NCBI GenBank assembly: GCA_021513715.1 | Contig: CP084167.1 | Span: 3,168,001 to 3,232,000 of the forward strand | DNA: 64,000 bases | Source of the DNA: Candidatus Heimdallarchaeum endolithica | Lineage (GTDB): Archaea; Asgardarchaeota; Heimdallarchaeia; Heimdallarchaeales; Heimdallarchaeaceae | Direction of reading: 5' to 3' | Part shown: positions 48,742 through 58,296 of the stretch, piece by piece | Layout: each line of letters opens with the position of its first letter | How positions within the stretch are numbered: position 1 is the stretch's first letter | Translations under genes and position numbers: made by a program | Notes under the pieces: generated by a model | Database searches by the model: none | What the model was told of the DNA's origin: nothing | The model's input: the letters and a program-made list of their open reading frames with translations, nothing else

Positions 48742-50225
48742 TTGATTTTTATACAAAATTTTTGTACGCCAATCTTACTCTCGAGAAAGATCTATCCGGG
48801 AGGGAGGAAGAACTTACCACTCATTGAGCCAGAAGAGGAGGTTGAGCGCTCCTCGACCACGGAAACCAGAAAATTATTTTTCTTCTCACGTGGGAAAGGA
48901 TAAAAAGAAGACCAGGAACTAAAGAAAGGCAAAGCAAGGAAAGAGAAACCTTTCAAGCCTATATTACGAGAAGCGTTACGGTCACTGTTGAGCTCTATAC
49001 CACAAGCAACACAACGATAAAGTCCTCGACTAACACGTGAAGACTTGGAAGTATGTCCACATCGAGAACAAGTTTGACTGGTGTAATGAGGGTCAACTTT
49101 TACAACTGGGATATGGTGTTGATAGGCGAGAGAGGTCAAAAACGAGAGGAAAAAGCCATAAGGCCAATTATTCAACTCTCGAAGAAGATTTTTGCTTTGC
49201 TTCCCTCTTCTTTTAGTTTTTTCTTTCTTCCATTTGCTTCTTATTCCTTCTATGTTTTCTATAACTATGGCAGAACGGGTAGTTACTGCCCAATCTACTA
49301 TCTCGTGAGCTATTTGCTCACAGCGGGTTTTATTATACTTTCTTTCTTTCATTCTTAATTTTTTTAGTGCACGCCGTGCCTTTTTACTTCCTTTATCTCT
49401 GTAGGATTGTAGTTTTCTTCTTCTTTTTGCTAACTGATGTTGTTTCCAAGCTATGTCTTTTCCCATATACCTCTCTAATAAAGGGAAAGAGGGGTGGTTA
49501 AGTGTTACTGCAGCAAAAACTTTTCTTCCCACGTCTACTCCTATTGTTCCCTCTACTTCTTGAGGAGGAGGAAGTTCTTTTCTAATATTCAGGTGTGCTA
49601 CCCACCCATAGTTGACCTTACTGCTTCTTTTTCGGTCTTTTGCTTTCCTTTTTCTTTTCCTTTTTTGTTGGAAAATTCTACAACTATGTGCTTCCCACCC
49701 CTTGATTGTATACTCCTTTAGTCTTCTCCACCCTCCATCTCGGCAAATAGGAAAAGCTATCCTTTTTTTCAATGGGGAAACAACTAAAACAGGGTTGTCT
49801 TTTCTTGTTTTTGCTATCTTTCCACTTCGGGGAAAGTTGAACTCCAAAGGTAAGGTTCTGAACTTTTTTACCTTTTTTGCCCCATATACCTTTCTTTGCA
49901 CATTCTCTTGTAACTGACTGTGCAGACCTAGATATCTGAACCTTTTGTATACTAAATGGTGGAACTCCATTCCTGTTTTTACATGTTTTTTGTAGGGTAT
50001 TAGTATGTTTGCTAGTTCTCTTACTTTTTTTTGCGCATCCTTTAGATACTTTTCTTTTTTCTTACTTGGGAGTAAAGTTATCCTTATTGTTTTCTCCATC
50101 CATTCTTTACTCCCTTTCTTCTTCATCATTTATTTTATCTTTTTTTCCTATTTAAACCTAAATTTTTTTCCTCCCCTCTTTTTTCTTCCTACATTTTTAT
50201 TCTTGTACAAAAAAGTTATTCATGA
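48742..50225 (-). mobile_element. Non-autonomous tnpB-only element (IS200/IS605- or IS607-derived, IS1341-like); ends approximate
   Basis: Bounded by the two NosD halves. The right end on the minus strand has a TACAAA-N3-TTTGTA hairpin and ends in TCAA. No tnpA, TIR or TSD seen. Confidence 0.7.
48792..50129 (-). CDS. tnpB: RNA-guided endonuclease TnpB
   Basis: RuvC triad GVDVG, VIENI, SDRNAS; YTSQTCSRCG...CVACG Zn finger. Confidence 0.92.
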   Translation of the reverse strand: MMKKKGSKEWMEKTIRITLLPSKKKEKYLKDAQKKVRELANILIPYKKHVKTGMEFHHLVYKRFRYLGLHSQLQENVQRKVYGAKKVKKFRTLPLEFNFPRSGKIAKTRKDNPVLVVSPLKKRIAFPICRDGGWRRLKEYTIKGWEAHSCRIFQQKRKRKRKAKDRKRSSKVNYGWVAHLNIRKELPPPQEVEGTIGVDVGRKVFAAVTLNHPSFPLLERYMGKDIAWKQHQLAKRRRKLQSYRDKGSKKARRALKKLRMKERKYNKTRCEQIAHEIVDWAVTTRSAIVIENIEGIRSKWKKEKTKRRGKQSKNLLRELNNWPYGFFLSFLTSLAYQHHIPVVKVDPHYTSQTCSRCGHTSKSSRVSRGLYRCVACGIELNSDRNASRNIGLKGFSFLALPFFSSWSSFYPFPREKKNNFLVSVVEERSTSSSGSMSGKFFLPPG

Positions 50226-50364
50226 ATAATAACTGGGATTATACATATCTCTTCTGAAAATGTTACAGTCACCAACAATACATGCAGTAATAATGATCGC
50301 GGCATTGAACTCTATAGATCTTATTTTGCTACAATTACAAACAATATGTGTAGTAATAGTAACT

Positions 50365-50702
50365 ATGAGTACAAAACTTTGAATTGCTTCAGTTATCCTT
50401 TTTTTATCACTAAGATCACTGACTCGTAAATTTCAATTGAGCTCGATTTTTCTTGTTCTGGATTGTTTAAAGGAAAAACTGACAATTTGTCTTCCTTTTT
50501 GGAAGAGATTTATTTTCAACTACTTTAAGAGGATAACTCTATGATTGAGTTTAATAATGTCTATTCACTAAAATGGGATCTATCCTCTTATTTTAGTGAT
50601 TACGAAAGAGTGAAAGAAGAAGATATTAAGGAGACTTTAGGTTATTTATATCAAAAATACAGCCAATTTATTGAGAAATAATAAAAGAAAAAAAATTCTT
50701 TA
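50365..50702 (+). repeat. Direct repeat copy 2: decayed 3' end of the YkgJ-like gene
   Basis: Matches 42793-43129 but carries in-frame TAA stops. Confidence 0.9.
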
Positions 50703-51764
50703 CCAGAACCACAAATATTGGGCAGGAATGAAAATATTTGCTAGTAATCCAAAAATAAGGGTAAGTCCTGAAAGTCGAATTAAATGAAATGCGAATCCTA
50801 CATACCATAAAGGCCATATTGGCCATTCTTCTGGTGGTTCTTTTGGTTTAGGCTTCAGATAATTTTTTGCTACAAAGATGTATCTCGGTATAGAAATGAA
50901 TGTTAACACTAGCCCAATTCCTTGGTATTTTAAAGCTATAAGGATGATTATTATAATATAAAATAGCCCCATTAAAACAATATTTGTTATTCTTGCATTT
51001 TTTTCGCCTATAATAACAGGTAAAGTCTTTATTCCTTTTTTCTTATCTGGTTCATATTTATCTATATGCTTTCCAAATAGTATAGTTGTAACAATTAAAG
51101 CGTAAGGTATTGTAGCTATCCAAACCCAATGGGATATTTGAGCTAAAGTTGAGACATAGAATGTTCCTCCGATCATTAAAGGACCCCAAATAATAAATAC
51201 TGCAGGTTCTCCCAAACCATGTTTTTTCAGGTTTAATGGTGGGGCAACATAAAACACGCTTATGAATATCCCTGCTAAAGCAAAGAATAATACGTACCAG
51301 TTTACTGTAAGCATAAAATAAATTAAAATCCCAACATCTATAAGATTTAGAGCTAGAGCCAGAAGAATAAGCTTTCTTTTTGATATAAGCCCTGTTAATA
51401 TAGGGTGAGGAGCATACATTGCTCTTGCATATTCGTCGTCATCTATGCCTTGTTTTAGGTCAAAAAAGTCGTTGATTATATTATTTACAGCATGAGCAAT
51501 AACAATTCCTATAGTACTGAGTATCCAGTTTAACCAACTTATTTGTTTTGTTAATGAAAGAGCCAATAATCCTCCAATGATTCCTGACATTAAAGTCATA
51601 GAAAAAACACATGAGCGGATGATTAGAAGAAATTTAGAAATAATATCCATCTCTGTGTTTTCAGGTAAGTTACATGAGCTAAGGATAGTTAACCACTTTT
51701 TTAAAAGAGAAGGTTTTTTTGTATTTTTCTCTGCGTTTACTTCTTCTGTCATTTCACCAGTCAT
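50700..51764 (-). CDS. MenA-like UbiA-family prenyltransferase
   Basis: NNIINDFFDLKQGIDD, YVAPP..K..GLGE and DKKKGIKTLPV motifs; multiple TM helices. Confidence 0.8.
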   Translation of the reverse strand: MTGEMTEEVNAEKNTKKPSLLKKWLTILSSCNLPENTEMDIISKFLLIIRSCVFSMTLMSGIIGGLLALSLTKQISWLNWILSTIGIVIAHAVNNIINDFFDLKQGIDDDEYARAMYAPHPILTGLISKRKLILLALALNLIDVGILIYFMLTVNWYVLFFALAGIFISVFYVAPPLNLKKHGLGEPAVFIIWGPLMIGGTFYVSTLAQISHWVWIATIPYALIVTTILFGKHIDKYEPDKKKGIKTLPVIIGEKNARITNIVLMGLFYIIIIILIALKYQGIGLVLTFISIPRYIFVAKNYLKPKPKEPPEEWPIWPLWYVGFAFHLIRLSGLTLIFGLLANIFIPAQYLWFW

Positions 51765-51831
51765 GTCAAGTAAAAAAATAGTAAGTTAAAAGGATTATTA
51801 GATAAAAAAAGAAAAGAAATGAAAGATCATT

Positions 51832-52282
51832 TTATCTCTTTTTTATTATTGAAGCTAGAGAAACTCCAAGAATTGAGAATACTACAACAGAAAATGTCCA
51901 TCCTGGTAAATCAAATGTTAATGTAGTAGTTTTTGTATTAGAGTTTTCAGTATTTTTTATTTCTAATATTTTATCTGATATATCTTCGGTAATCAAACCA
52001 TCTTCAGTCTGTGCTATAACCTTTACGAGATAATTTTCGCCGTCTTCAACTGTTGTTGTATCCAATAAAAGCAAAGGAATAACAGCTCCTTCAGATAACA
52101 AGTTCCAGCTTATTCCTTTATCTCTAGAATAATAGACATTGTAGATAATCTCTTCTTCAAGAGAATCTATAGTTTCTATCCTTTCTATTTTAACTGTACC
52201 AGATAAAACTTCTCCTCCGCTGGGACTCTTGATTCTTGGTGGAATTAGGTAATGTTCTTTTGATTTGTTATTTATTGTTGTT
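51832..52282 (-). pseudogene. C-terminal fragment of a surface protein (Ig-like domain plus PGW-TM-KKR tail)
   Basis: Frame is open upstream of the ORF-track start (SPSGGEVLSGTVKI...YSRDKGISW) as far as the tnpB remnant, with no start codon or signal peptide. Confidence 0.6.
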
Positions 52283-52423
52283 ATAATAGACGAAAGAGGA
52301 ACATCTTCTCATTGTTCCCGTTGTGGAAAAGAAGTTTCTCGTCCCGTCAGAGGATTAGTATACTGTCCCTTTTGTAACTATACTTACCACTCTGATTTAA
52401 CAGGGGCTAAATATTACTTGTAA
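52283..52423 (+). pseudogene. C-terminal remnant of a second tnpB
   Basis: Translates as IIDERGTSSHCSRCGKEVSRPVRGLVYCPFCNYTYHSDLTGA. Confidence 0.75.
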
Positions 52424-52489
52424 GTTCCTTAGTCATCTTTTTCGTCCCCGTGCTACAACTATTACTAATTACTTTACTGGTTAAAAATT

Positions 52490-52782
52490 CAGTTTTATTA
52501 AGTTCGACAAACTTTGTAAAAAGTAAATCATCGTTGTCAGAGCATTTTCGATAAGTATGAGTCTAACGACTAAGAAAAGAAAAAGTGTAGGTGCATAGGA
52601 TTGAGGAAAATGAACAATAATTTGATGAAAATGATAATCAAGCATCTTTTTTCTTTTTCAGAAATTGTTAGCTCGTAAGGTTCAAATGCTTTGGCTTTTG
52701 CTCCACAAGCAGGACATTAATCTTTTATCTCCCCTTCTGTTGTAATAAAACCACAAACTTTACAACGAATATATTTAGTCAA
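52490..52782 (-). pseudogene. Rubredoxin-like domain plus membrane-domain pseudogene (3' end approximate)
   Basis: TKYIRCKVCGF...KD*CPACGAKAKAF, then after a frameshift HFHQIIVHFPQ. Confidence 0.6.
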
Positions 52783-52874
52783 AGTCAATCGTTATGATTC
52801 TCTTCCTATAATTAAATAAGATTTGGATTAAAATTTTGCTCCATTAGCATTAAATAAAATGAATAAAGAAAAAA

Positions 52875-54131
52875 TCAAACTTGGTCAATGATCCAAAAAA
52901 TCCAATATACTATTATGAAAATGACCCCGATTACACTCACAATTCGTTTTTTTCCTTCTAAAAGTTTGATTGCAGAAAGGTTAACAGCTGCGAATATAAG
53001 CATAAATATTAAACTAGCAGCTGTTGCTACTGTTTCTATGTTGAAAAACAATATGAATATTATGCTCATTACTCCTGAAATAACAATTGCCCGAGTTGGT
53101 ACTCTAGTTTTACTGTTTATTTCTGATATTTTTGCAGGTATAACTCCTTCATGACTTAGCATATAGGATAGACGAGAAGAGCCTAGTAATGTTGCATTTA
53201 TTGCTGAAGCTGTTGATATAATAGCAGCTACTGCCATAAGAAAAGTTCCAGCAATAGGAAAAAAAGATTGTGCAGAGACTGTAAGAATTACTTCTCCCAT
53301 TTCTTCATTGATGTTAGCCATTCCTAAGACTCCTACTGTAACAATTGCGACAGAAACATAAATTATGAGAACTATAATTATTGAGACAAACATCCCTATT
53401 GGAAGATCTCTTTGAGGATTCTTCATCTCTTCTACAGAATTTGTAAGAATCTCAAAACCTTCCATAGCAACAAAAATTAACACAGAACTAATTAAAACAC
53501 CATAAACTCCTGTGTCACTGAAGAAAGGCTGGAAATTAGATTTTTTCACTGCAGTTAATCCCATTATAATATAAACTAGTAAGATTGTTACTTTCAGAAA
53601 AACAAGAAAATTTTGCATTTTTGATGATTCTTTAACTCCTAGAAGGTTAATAATTATAAATATAGTAACACTTAGTAGTTGGAAAGCGAAAGCAAGAATT
53701 GGAGTATTTAAAAAAGCTGGAAAAAAGATTTTTGTTTCTAAAAAGGATTTATGTCCAAAATTAAAAATTTCTGCAAAATACCTTCCAAAAGTCATCGCAT
53801 ATAAACTAACAGAAAAGCTATATCCAAACCATAATAAAATTCCAAGTGTCCCTGAAAAAAAATTAGATTTAAAAGCTTCTTTTGCGTAAATAAAAGCTCC
53901 CCCAGCTTTAGGATATTTGAGAGCTAAAAAAGTATAACTATAGGCCGTGAAAGTACTAACAACAGCTGCAAGTATAAAAGCTAAAAAAGCAGCAGGTCCA
54001 CTTTTAATAATTACAAGACCTAGAATCGAAAATACTCCACCACCGATAAGTGCTCCAACAGCTATTCCTAGTGCCTCTTTTAGGCCTAGTTCTTTGGATA
54101 ACTCTATCAGTGCTCCTTCTTTTGTATCCAT
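52875..54131 (-). CDS. APC-family amino acid permease
   Basis: GALIGGGVFS, PKAGGAF, MEGFE and EEMKNPQRDLP motifs; about 12 TM helices. Confidence 0.9.
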   Translation of the reverse strand: MDTKEGALIELSKELGLKEALGIAVGALIGGGVFSILGLVIIKSGPAAFLAFILAAVVSTFTAYSYTFLALKYPKAGGAFIYAKEAFKSNFFSGTLGILLWFGYSFSVSLYAMTFGRYFAEIFNFGHKSFLETKIFFPAFLNTPILAFAFQLLSVTIFIIINLLGVKESSKMQNFLVFLKVTILLVYIIMGLTAVKKSNFQPFFSDTGVYGVLISSVLIFVAMEGFEILTNSVEEMKNPQRDLPIGMFVSIIIVLIIYVSVAIVTVGVLGMANINEEMGEVILTVSAQSFFPIAGTFLMAVAAIISTASAINATLLGSSRLSYMLSHEGVIPAKISEINSKTRVPTRAIVISGVMSIIFILFFNIETVATAASLIFMLIFAAVNLSAIKLLEGKKRIVSVIGVIFIIVYWIFWIIDQV

Positions 54132-54267
54132 AGAATCAACTATGTTCGCAAATATTTACGATTTAAGAATTTTGCGATAATAAAAAATAAAATAGAAGAA
54201 TTCAACTTTTTATAGATTAAAAAAGAGATAGTGCAGTTTGTGAAAAACCACACTCTTAAAAGTTAAT

Positions 54268-54613
54268 TCACAAACCAGCTATTACTAGTAGTATTCCTCC
54301 AATAAGAACTAGTATCACTGCTAGTCCTCCACCTATGATATCTAATATTATGAAAATTATCCCTGTAACTAATTCTTTAAGCCTAAACCTATCTATTGAA
54401 ATTAACACTGTAATAATGCCAACAACAAACAAGATTATAGCTGTGATAATTGTATTTGCTATGTTTCCACTTACTGATATAGCTGTAAATAATGATACAA
54501 TGCTTGAGAGGATGTCACCTAATAGCATAAGAACACCCAAGTGCGATCCATAATATTCCACCAATTAAAGCTAGTATTCTCCCCCACTTTGCTAAATTAG
54601 CTTTGTTTGTCAT
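54268..54613 (-). pseudogene. Small membrane protein with one frameshift
   Basis: ATG at 54613 gives MTNKANLAKWGRILALIGGILWIAL; an extra G near 54537 shifts away from the GVLMLLGD frame. Confidence 0.55.
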
Positions 54614-54691
54614 AGTATATTGAATTATAATTCAGTTATTAAAAAACATTTTTTAGAAATGGAATTATTATCTTTTTAGATGTTTTTACTT

Positions 54692-55579
54692 TTATGATTC
54701 CTTCATATGGTGTATAACTACGCTTGGATTCAACAACTTATCTCTAATTTTACAAGACAAAGGCCGTGAAAGAAAACTAAGAAATGATTCATTTTTTGTT
54801 CTACCAATTATTACTAAATCTGGTTCATCTTTTTCAAAAATATATTCTAGCGTGCTAAAAACATCATGTCCTAAAACTATTTTGGTTTTTAATATTCTAC
54901 CAAATATCTCTTCATACTGGTTAACATATTTTTCGAATTCTAGGTTTTCTTTTTTAATTTCTTTTTCATTTACTGCTTGATCAAGAGGAATAACCTCAGG
55001 AACAATATTTACATGATAAACATTTATTGTGGCATTTTTTTGAGGAGCAGCTATTGCAGAAGCCCATCGTAGAAGAAAGGGGTCACGATTGGAGTAAGGT
55101 AGAAGAATAGCTATCTTTTTCATTTTTGTTGCTAGTTTTTCTAATTTTGGGGGAAAAACTTGCAAAATTTCTGCTTCGATGTTTTTTATTACTTGATTAG
55201 AAACGCTGTTAACTATAATTTTATCAAAAAAAGATGGTTTTCGTCTAGCTGCCATGATAACTAATCTATATTTATGTCTGTTCCAATATTCTATTACTGC
55301 TTTTGCAATTTGCTTGTTTTTAATGTAGGTTAAATCATAGTTTATTTTGTACTTATTGAGTTTAGCAAGATAGTTGTCTATGAAGGAATTTAATGCTCTT
55401 CCCACGTGAATAATATCTAATTTAGCCCCATATTCATGAGCAATATAGAATGCGACATCCATAGCTGTTTTTTCAAAACTTTTCCCACCAAGCGGAAGCA
55501 AAATTTTGTTCAAAGTAATAAAAAATTCATCTTGAAAATCAGGTTTTATTTTTCTCAAAGTTCTTGCTTTGTCACTCAT
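54692..55579 (-). CDS. Tandem universal-stress-protein (USP) domain protein
   Basis: KILLPLGG, IIHV, LVIMAA and PDLVIIG motifs; close to the APC permease. Confidence 0.7.
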   Translation of the reverse strand: MSDKARTLRKIKPDFQDEFFITLNKILLPLGGKSFEKTAMDVAFYIAHEYGAKLDIIHVGRALNSFIDNYLAKLNKYKINYDLTYIKNKQIAKAVIEYWNRHKYRLVIMAARRKPSFFDKIIVNSVSNQVIKNIEAEILQVFPPKLEKLATKMKKIAILLPYSNRDPFLLRWASAIAAPQKNATINVYHVNIVPEVIPLDQAVNEKEIKKENLEFEKYVNQYEEIFGRILKTKIVLGHDVFSTLEYIFEKDEPDLVIIGRTKNESFLSFLSRPLSCKIRDKLLNPSVVIHHMKES

Positions 55580-55731
55580 TCATTGCTCCCAATATAGAAC
55601 GGCTTTAATTTTATTTAAACTTATTCCTACATATGTAAGAATTGTTAAACTAACGGAAGAAAAACTTTCTTGTTTTCTGTTTGTAAATTTACACAGAATA
55701 TTTAAATAAAAAAAAGAAGAATTAGGCTATT

Positions 55732-56374
55732 ATGACTTCAAAAATTGTAGATCTGTATCTAGGAGGATTAATCTTTAATAAGACTAAAGTTGAGAAAATT
55801 GTTTCAGACAAATCAGTTACATGTCTATCTTGGATTGCAATACTAATTTACATGTTACTTGAACCCATTTTTTCGCTGATTTCAGGTAAGCCTGCAGGAC
55901 ATAGTGCTTTTGTTCGTTATACTAATCTAACTGGTTTCTGGCTGTTCTTTGCTGTTTTTATTAGTACATTTATAGCTACTGTTGGTTTTGCAATTATTTT
56001 ATTGGTTTTTTTCAAATTATTTGAAGTGACTGGTGTTCTTATAAGACGACTACTAAAAAACCAAAGAAAGAGAGTAAAGAAGAAGCTAATGAAGCAATGC
56101 TAACTTTTTATGGTTTTATTCGAGTTGTAGCTGTAGGTGTAGTATGGAAGTATATCGGAGCAATAGGCGTTCTTTTCAGTGGTACTCCAAAAACAATAAT
56201 AACAGGACTAGGTTTCTTTGCTTCACTGTTTAGCATGGGTTTTGCTTCACAACGTTATAGTAAAAATCAGTTATAACTGTAATCATAATCACAATTCTTA
56301 CATTCCTAATTAGTTTTGAATTAGCAGTAATATGGAGTGATATTCTAGAAAAACTATTAGGTTTAACAAAATAA
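55732..56374 (+). pseudogene. Multi-TM membrane protein with two apparent frameshifts
   Basis: Hydrophobic coding continues in shifted frames (AMLTFYGFIRVVAVG..., VITVIIITILTFLISF...) to TAA at 56372-56374. Confidence 0.55.
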
Positions 56375-56446
56375 ATCAATAAAAATTAATTTTACATTTT
56401 ATCTTTACTTTTTTTAAAAAATTTGTTATTAAAAATGTTTGAGAGG

Positions 56447-57457
56447 TTAGATGTTCTCTCTAAGATCAATTATATGTTCTGAAGATGGTCCTGTACCAAT
56501 TAAACTCACTTTAACCCTTGTTTCTTTCTCTACCTTGTCAATGAACTCTTGAGCCTTTCCTTTAATTTGATCAATTGAAGTCGCTCCCTTCAATTCAGGA
56601 AAAACTATATCGAATTTTGTTAGAGCTATTTGTGTTGCTCCATTTAATCTTACTGATTTTTTTGCAAGGTCAAAATTAAATGGTGCAGCTCTCCTGGGAC
56701 GGCCTGTTACTGCACCGTATTCTACCCATCCTCTTTTTTCCATTTCTTCTAAGGATAGTTCTCCTGGAAGTTCTCCTTCTCCAACTCTAGTTATAAAAGC
56801 TTTCATCACCACTAATACTTCATCTACTTTTGTTGGTCCTACACCTAGATCAGAACAAATACCTGCAGAGCAAGTGTCGTGTGAAGTGACATAAGGATAT
56901 GAACCATGATAAAGAGATAAAAAGGCTGCTTGACTTCCTTCAGCAATAATTGTTTCGCCAGATTCAAGAGTTTCATTCATTTCTAGGCTTACATCTGTTA
57001 GATATTTTTTTAATTCCGGGATATCTCTTGCTAACTTTAATATTCGCATTGCTCTATCCATATTAGCTGGTCCGCATCCACTTCCTGTTGTTCCAATTTT
57101 TCCAGATAAATGTTTGTCTTTTGTATCCATCTCAATATGCTTTCGTTCAATTATTCCAGATTGAAAATCAACCTTGAGTCTATCTTCAGTTTTTGTTTTT
57201 TTTATTTCTTGAAGTAGGACATTAGGATTTACTAGCACTCCCGCTCCTATGAGCAGTTTTGCTTTAGTATTAACGAAACCAGAAGGAACCATTCTTAACT
57301 TGTACTCAATACCATTATGTTGTATTGTATGTCCTGCGTTAGGTCCAGTTCCAGCTCGAGCAATGATTGAGGGGTAATCTTTTATTGCTAAATAAGAACA
57401 AATTTTTCCTTTTCCTTCGTCTCCCCAAAATCCTCCAGCTATAATTGTAAACGTCAT
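56447..57457 (-). CDS. purA: Adenylosuccinate synthetase (short archaeal form)
   Basis: WGDEGKGK, GPNAGHT, IGTTGSGCGP, EGSQ, YPYVTS, TRVG and TGRPRR motifs. Confidence 0.97.
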   Translation of the reverse strand: MTFTIIAGGFWGDEGKGKICSYLAIKDYPSIIARAGTGPNAGHTIQHNGIEYKLRMVPSGFVNTKAKLLIGAGVLVNPNVLLQEIKKTKTEDRLKVDFQSGIIERKHIEMDTKDKHLSGKIGTTGSGCGPANMDRAMRILKLARDIPELKKYLTDVSLEMNETLESGETIIAEGSQAAFLSLYHGSYPYVTSHDTCSAGICSDLGVGPTKVDEVLVVMKAFITRVGEGELPGELSLEEMEKRGWVEYGAVTGRPRRAAPFNFDLAKKSVRLNGATQIALTKFDIVFPELKGATSIDQIKGKAQEFIDKVEKETRVKVSLIGTGPSSEHIIDLRENI

Positions 57458-57637
57458 TTGACCAAGAATAAATTTTTAATATTTTAAATTAATTGATAGC
57501 TAATAATTTTATTTTTTTTTAAACTTCAATTTTTTCATAATTTTTCTGATTTATTAAACTTCTTTTATTATTTTATTTTCATTATTTCTTTACAAATCTA
57601 CGAAAAACTAATAAAGTTAAAATTTGTCTTTTAGATT

Positions 57638-58201
57638 ATGTCAGCATTTGGCGTTGTCAAAATTGTGCTACTTGGAGACTATGCTGCTGGAAAAACAACT
57701 CTAAAAAGAAGTTTTATGGGTCTTCACTTAGACGAAGTTTATCTGAGCACTTTAGGGGTTGATTTAGCTTCATATCATTTCGTTGATGAGACTTTTGATT
57801 TAGAGTATCAAATATGGGATCTAGGAGGACAACCCGAATTTAAGACTATTCGTGTTCAACAATATAAAGGCACAGAAGGAGGGTTACTTGTTTTTAATAA
57901 ATCAAGAATAGAAACTTTTGAACATTTGAAAGATTGGTTAGAGGAGCTTAGTAGCTCTATCAGCAATCGTATTCCTGTTTTTTTAATAGGAAATAAATCT
58001 GATCTTCTATCTCCTGAAGAAAATCTTGAATTCGACAGAAAAGCAGAGAAATTTATAGATGATAATCAACTAACTTATTCAGAGATTGACCTTAAAGGGT
58101 ATTTTGCCACTTGTGCTCTGACAGGAGAAAATGTTAGAGAAGCTTTTTTAGCTCTTGGTAAAGAAATTATTAAAATAAAGAGTGATAGAATGCTTATTTA
58201 A
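57638..58201 (+). CDS. Rab-like small GTPase
   Basis: G1 GDYAAGKT, G2 YLSTLGVD, G3 WDLGGQ, G4 NKSD, G5 TCAL; no C-terminal prenylation cysteine. Confidence 0.9.
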   Translation: MSAFGVVKIVLLGDYAAGKTTLKRSFMGLHLDEVYLSTLGVDLASYHFVDETFDLEYQIWDLGGQPEFKTIRVQQYKGTEGGLLVFNKSRIETFEHLKDWLEELSSSISNRIPVFLIGNKSDLLSPEENLEFDRKAEKFIDDNQLTYSEIDLKGYFATCALTGENVREAFLALGKEIIKIKSDRMLI

Positions 58202-58296
58202 CAGTGAAAAATGTTGTTTTTTTTCCATTGTTTCCTCTATAATAAAACACAACATTCTTATTGATAATTTTTTAAAGCCTTATAACATTAAATATT

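Larger units (their letters stand above)
48370..50364 (+). pseudogene. NosD-like beta-helix surface protein pseudogene interrupted by the tnpB element
   Basis: Left part FPRTGTPDDPYIIEGFNI...VADGTVIITINICIN; right part (from ~50226) SSENVTVTNNTCSNNDRGIELY...ITNNMCSN. Confidence 0.7.
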
